Virus record (IMG/VR): IMGVR_UViG_3300021091_000080
Location: 1-60,664 of that record
Origin: a virus
Taxonomy: Duplodnaviria; Caudoviricetes
Length of the DNA stretch: 60,664 bases
Direction: 5' to 3' (one strand)
The notes below the pieces were generated by a model. That model did not search any database, was not told where the DNA came from, and saw nothing but the letters and a program-made list of their open reading frames with translations. Made by a program: the position numbers and the translations under genes. Positions 57,780-60,664 of the stretch are shown piece after piece (the first letter of the stretch is position 1; every line of letters starts with the position of its first letter).

Positions 57780-57838
57780 AGTATGGCATCGATCAGACCC
57801 CAAAAACCAAAAAAGTGGACAGTTCAGAAACCGTCCAC
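57780..57838 (-). promoter_or_regulatory. Early promoter module copy 11
   Basis: TGcCATACT at 57780-57788; IR at 57815-57838. Confidence 0.75.
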
Positions 57839-57865
57839 CATTCTACCAAATATTAAGCTTGTAAG

Positions 57866-58027
57866 TTAATGTGAATAATCATCAAAGTATTCGTCACTAT
57901 CTTTAAACTTTGCTTGCCTCTTTGATCGAGACGAGTAACGTTTTTGATTTTGAACTTCGTATCCGAAATCCTCAAAGTCTTCGACGATTTCGGTATAACG
58001 TTCAGGCGATTTACGTGATTTTGTCAT
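57866..58027 (-). CDS. Charged hypothetical protein (53 aa)
   Basis: Hand-called: MTKSRKSPERYTEIVEDFEDFGYEVQNQKRYSSRSKRQAKFKDSDEYFDDYSH; GAGGAG upstream. Confidence 0.7.
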   Translation of the reverse strand: MTKSRKSPERYTEIVEDFEDFGYEVQNQKRYSSRSKRQAKFKDSDEYFDDYSH

Positions 58028-58072
58028 TGTAATTACTAATTTCTCCTCTATTATATTAGTTTAGGGGTAAAA

Positions 58073-58303
58073 TTATTTATTTTCAGTGACAACTTGAACA
58101 ATTGCACTATTCTTAATACTAATATTGATGAATTTACCAATACTTTCTTCATTTGTAATTACATTTTGAAGCATATCGATGAAATTTTCATCTTTTACTT
58201 CATAATTATACTGTTTATCTGAAGTATTAAAGATAATACTAACAATATTATCATTAACTTCAATCTCTTTTACTGCAGAACTGTTGAAAGAATTAAAAAA
58301 CAT
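58073..58303 (-). CDS. KTSC-like small protein
   Basis: NSSAVKEI...IIF...YNY...ESIGKFIN pattern. Confidence 0.7.
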   Translation of the reverse strand: MFFNSFNSSAVKEIEVNDNIVSIIFNTSDKQYNYEVKDENFIDMLQNVITNEESIGKFINISIKNSAIVQVVTENK

Positions 58304-58485
58304 TGAAAAGTGTTAAAGGTTAATTTTAAAGTTTTAGAAAAATCTCAAAATCTTAAAAAATTGACTTTTCTTAATTTTGAAATTTTTCAGTTTTTCAGAA
58401 ATCTTAAAAATCGCAAAATCTGAGATTTTAGAAATTTCCGAGAATGTAGAGGCGTTGGAAGTGCTCCTGTTTCTCCACTTCATGT

Positions 58486-58580
58486 AATATAGGACATCTT
58501 GGAAGGTTTCCGAGGGTCTGTGTGACACTTTGAGGACTGGCACAATGATTGTTGACATTCGTTAGGATAACCGCTAAGAC
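58486..58580. promoter_or_regulatory. Early promoter module copy 12, apparently bidirectional
   Basis: IR at 58521-58544; minus-strand -10 TATATT at 58486-58491; plus-strand TTGACA (58552-58557)-17-TAAGAC (58575-58580). Confidence 0.65.
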
Positions 58581-58653
58581 AACATCTCCACCGCACCTTA
58601 AAGAACTCTAATGCAGACTACCTATATTTTTTTAACCATTTCTTTATTTTAAG

Positions 58654-58697
58654 TTTTCCACAAGTTTTTCCACAATTTCCTCAAAGACTGTGGAAAA
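58654..58697. repeat. Three TTTTCCACA (cyanobacterial DnaA-box) motifs
   Basis: 58654-58662 (+), 58666-58674 (+), 58689-58697 (-); next to an AT-rich tract at 58623-58652. Confidence 0.7.
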
Positions 58698-58733
58698 CTT
58701 TAAATCAAGAAGGGTTGGTATTACTGGAGAGTG

Positions 58734-58892
58734 TTATTCCGCATATGGAGGATAAGCAAGTGAATAAACTTCATCTAGGATATCATCACATGTTTTATAG
58801 AGTTCTTTATCATTATTAGGTAATGAGACATAAGTTTGATAATAACGAACTGCTGTAAAGAGTGTTTGGTATTGTTGTTGAGAGAGGTTCAT
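58734..58892 (-). CDS. Hypothetical protein (52 aa)
   Basis: Hand-called: MNLSQQQYQTLFTAVRYYQ...CDDILDEVYSLAYPPYAE; ATGA overlap with the upstream gene. Confidence 0.75.
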   Translation of the reverse strand: MNLSQQQYQTLFTAVRYYQTYVSLPNNDKELYKTCDDILDEVYSLAYPPYAE

Positions 58893-59053
58893 TGATGTTT
58901 ACGAATTTTCTTTAATTCTTTTAGTTCACTTTTAATCATTTTATATGCAGTATCACTGTCTATTTTATCACCCATTTCAAGGGCAATAATAATATCAACT
59001 CTTGTGCCAAAATGTTGTAGGGCACGTTCAAATGTATCTAGATCTTCATACAT
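58889..59053 (-). CDS. Small helical protein resembling a conserved cyanobacterial hypothetical
   Basis: Hand-called: MYEDLDTFERALQHFGTRVDIIIALEMGDKIDSDTAYKMIKSELKELKKIRKHQ. Confidence 0.75.
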   Translation of the reverse strand: MYEDLDTFERALQHFGTRVDIIIALEMGDKIDSDTAYKMIKSELKELKKIRKHQ

Positions 59054-59056
59054 GAT

Positions 59057-59248
59057 TTAAGGTGTCCATTCTTCATACCTTGTATTTATTTTACCATCAT
59101 TCAGAAAGATATTCAAGTGTCCTACGTTACTATTGTTGAGATAAAATGCCATCCATACATGACGACCTTCCTCCATCACTTCATAGTGATACATTTTGAT
59201 GTCATCGAGGACAAATTCATCTGGATTATAAAGTTCTTTATCAGTCAT
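59057..59248 (-). CDS. Hypothetical protein
   Basis: NPDEFVL...HYEVMEEGRHVWMAFY...GHLNIF. Confidence 0.8.
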   Translation of the reverse strand: MTDKELYNPDEFVLDDIKMYHYEVMEEGRHVWMAFYLNNSNVGHLNIFLNDGKINTRYEEWTP

Positions 59249-59487
59249 ACAATCACATTATATGCTTCAAGAATAGCATGGGCGAGAGCAATTGCCAAAT
59301 CCTTTTGTTCGATAGTCATATCCTCACGAGCACCACCAGAACAAGAAGTAATGAAGATGCCAGCATTATCTACTGTGAGTTCTACTCGTTCAGTTTCATT
59401 TTCATTTTCAGGATTAGTCCAGGTGAAAACATCAATCTTGGAACGGAGAACATCAGTTCCAGGAAGCAAAGTGTAGAAGTTAGACAT
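59245..59487 (-). CDS. Hypothetical protein
   Basis: First ORF after promoter copy 13; ATGA overlap with the next gene. Confidence 0.8.
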   Translation of the reverse strand: MSNFYTLLPGTDVLRSKIDVFTWTNPENENETERVELTVDNAGIFITSCSGGAREDMTIEQKDLAIALAHAILEAYNVIV

Positions 59488-59510
59488 TAGAGTTCTGTGT
59501 ATATGAGTGT

Positions 59511-59569
59511 ATTATAGGGCATCCAGGTCGGTTTTGGTGAATTCCTGTGACGGTTGTTCAAGTGTCACC
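59511..59569 (-). promoter_or_regulatory. Early promoter module copy 13
   Basis: -10 TATAAT at 59511-59516; IR at 59546-59569 inside the upstream CDS. Confidence 0.75.
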
Positions 59570-59865
59570 AAATCAATGTCCTGATGCTTGGTCAGTGTAT
59601 GATTTTCTTTCTTATACCATTCAAGATCGCGTGGATCACTAACAATTACATCGACATCAAAATAGAATTTCTTGTATCTGATTGAAACACCAAATAAAGA
59701 ACGATTGCCGATACTAAAGAAAATTATCGGAAAGAGTTCGTTGCCTCCATATTCATCCCATTGAAGTGTGAAATCAAATAGGGCAAAGTGCGGATAAAAT
59801 TGAAGAACTTGTAAGAACCATTCCTTACCATAATCTTCGTAGGTTTCATAATCAAAGAGTTTCAT
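59512..59865 (-). CDS. Hypothetical aromatic-rich protein
   Basis: Likely start MKLFDYETYEDYGKEW (ATGA overlap); its stop lies inside the -10 box. Confidence 0.75.
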   Translation of the reverse strand: MKLFDYETYEDYGKEWFLQVLQFYPHFALFDFTLQWDEYGGNELFPIIFFSIGNRSLFGVSIRYKKFYFDVDVIVSDPRDLEWYKKENHTLTKHQDIDLVTLEQPSQEFTKTDLDAL

Positions 59866-60326
59866 TGTTCCCACCCAGCAAAACTAAAGATGTATTCAAG
59901 TCCCCATTCTAACGTATGAGGTGGTAATTCGTCAATATGATTGAATGCAAGTCGTCTTGCTTCCAGGATACGTTCTTTACCTACCGCAAGTAGATTTGCT
60001 TTAGAACCTTTGAGAAACTCATTAAAATCTGCCTGATTATTCTGTTTCGCGCCAGAGATATACAACCTCCGCATTTCAGTAAAGAGTTCCGCAGTATCAG
60101 GAGCAAACGTAACCACTTTATCTCCTACAGGTATTTCCATGCGCTTCATACATCCCATAGAGAACTTCATTGCATCTCTGACTTCATCGACCGTCAGTGT
60201 ATCATCTTCACCATTACGATAGGAATATTGAATGACACCATTTGTACACTCAATCACGCGCAACAGTGCGAGTTTATCTTTCTCTACATCAGGCAGTGCT
60301 TCAAATTCTGTTGCCCAATCAATCAT
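59862..60326 (-). CDS. Hypothetical helical protein
   Basis: Likely start MIDWATEF at 60324-60326, overlapping the upstream stop, rather than 60383. Confidence 0.75.
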   Translation of the reverse strand: MIDWATEFEALPDVEKDKLALLRVIECTNGVIQYSYRNGEDDTLTVDEVRDAMKFSMGCMKRMEIPVGDKVVTFAPDTAELFTEMRRLYISGAKQNNQADFNEFLKGSKANLLAVGKERILEARRLAFNHIDELPPHTLEWGLEYIFSFAGWEQ

Positions 60327-60663
60327 AACATCTCCAGTGATTATTTGGTTGTTCCCACCAAAAGTGTAGGTCATGTGTCTCATCGTAGTAATACATGCTC
60401 ACAAAATCAGATTGGAACTTACTATGATAATTTTCACACAGCGCCACAGTATGATAGTTATTGTCCATCATTTGTGTGATCCACGTATAATTATTACCAT
60501 GAATGATACCAGCCTCAATCAACACAAAATGCTTCCATTGTTTAGACCATCGTGCGTAATTATCACGAAAATCTCTCACATAAGCTTCAATTGGTTCATT
60601 TGGGAATGGTACATTCACTGCCTCAATATGAAAGATTTCTCGATCAACAGAGAGCGCATGTGA
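60319..60663 (-). CDS. Phosphoribosyltransferase-like protein, 3' part (5' end outside the window)
   Basis: Frame is open to the window edge (SHALSVDREIFHIEAVNVP...); FVLIEAGIIHGNNY occupies the PRPP-loop position; C-terminal FWWE. Confidence 0.55.
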   Translation of the reverse strand, partial: SHALSVDREIFHIEAVNVPFPNEPIEAYVRDFRDNYARWSKQWKHFVLIEAGIIHGNNYTWITQMMDNNYHTVALCENYHSKFQSDFVSMYYYDETHDLHFWWEQPNNHWRCYD

Positions 60664-60664
60664 C

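Noticed and set aside
58334-58558. 74-aa minus-strand ORF
   Set aside because: It runs through the promoter/IR and the low-complexity A-tract DNA; its K/I/F/S-rich translation reflects the tracts.
197-60663. All plus-strand ORFs in the track (e.g. 15815-16258, 53927-54454, 54865-55602, 57161-57529)
   Set aside because: They are antisense shadows of well-supported minus-strand genes, with no recognisable motifs or RBS.
1-60664. tRNA genes, transposases, reverse transcriptase/DGR
   Set aside because: No cloverleaf or T-loop signature in the intergenic gaps and no matching protein motifs seen by eye; tRNAscan-SE would be needed to exclude tRNAs formally.

Overview
This window is a 60.7-kb segment of a T4-like cyanomyovirus (cyanophage) genome. 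Every credible gene lies on the minus strand. Positions 1-53.3 kb hold the AT-rich late structural and packaging module. In window order it contains portal gp20 (5' part), tail tube gp19, sheath gp18, terminase gp17/gp16, gp15/14/13, an inserted enzyme cassette (2OG-Fe(II) oxygenase, flavin halogenase-like protein, Gly-rich protein), giant 3035- and 1546-aa virion proteins, VrlC/DUF4815, baseplate gp8/gp7/gp6/gp25 and a PAAR protein, with T4-type late promoters (TATAAATA-like). Positions 53.3-60.7 kb form an early-type region of tiny ORFs, partly very GC-rich, with 13 copies of one promoter module: a 24-bp inverted repeat placed 28-30 bp upstream of a sigma70 -10 box. The strongest leads are: (i) two phycobiliprotein-like helical domains with the bilin-attachment C-x-R-D motif in the 3035-aa virion protein; (ii) a candidate origin made of an orphan plus-strand promoter, an AT-rich tract and three perfect cyanobacterial DnaA boxes (TTTTCCACA); (iii) the promoter-cassette array, which also supplies stop codons and C-termini to neighbouring ORFs; (iv) a cupredoxin domain with a full type-1 copper ligand set in the 1546-aa protein. 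All family assignments come from motif recognition by eye; no database search was run.
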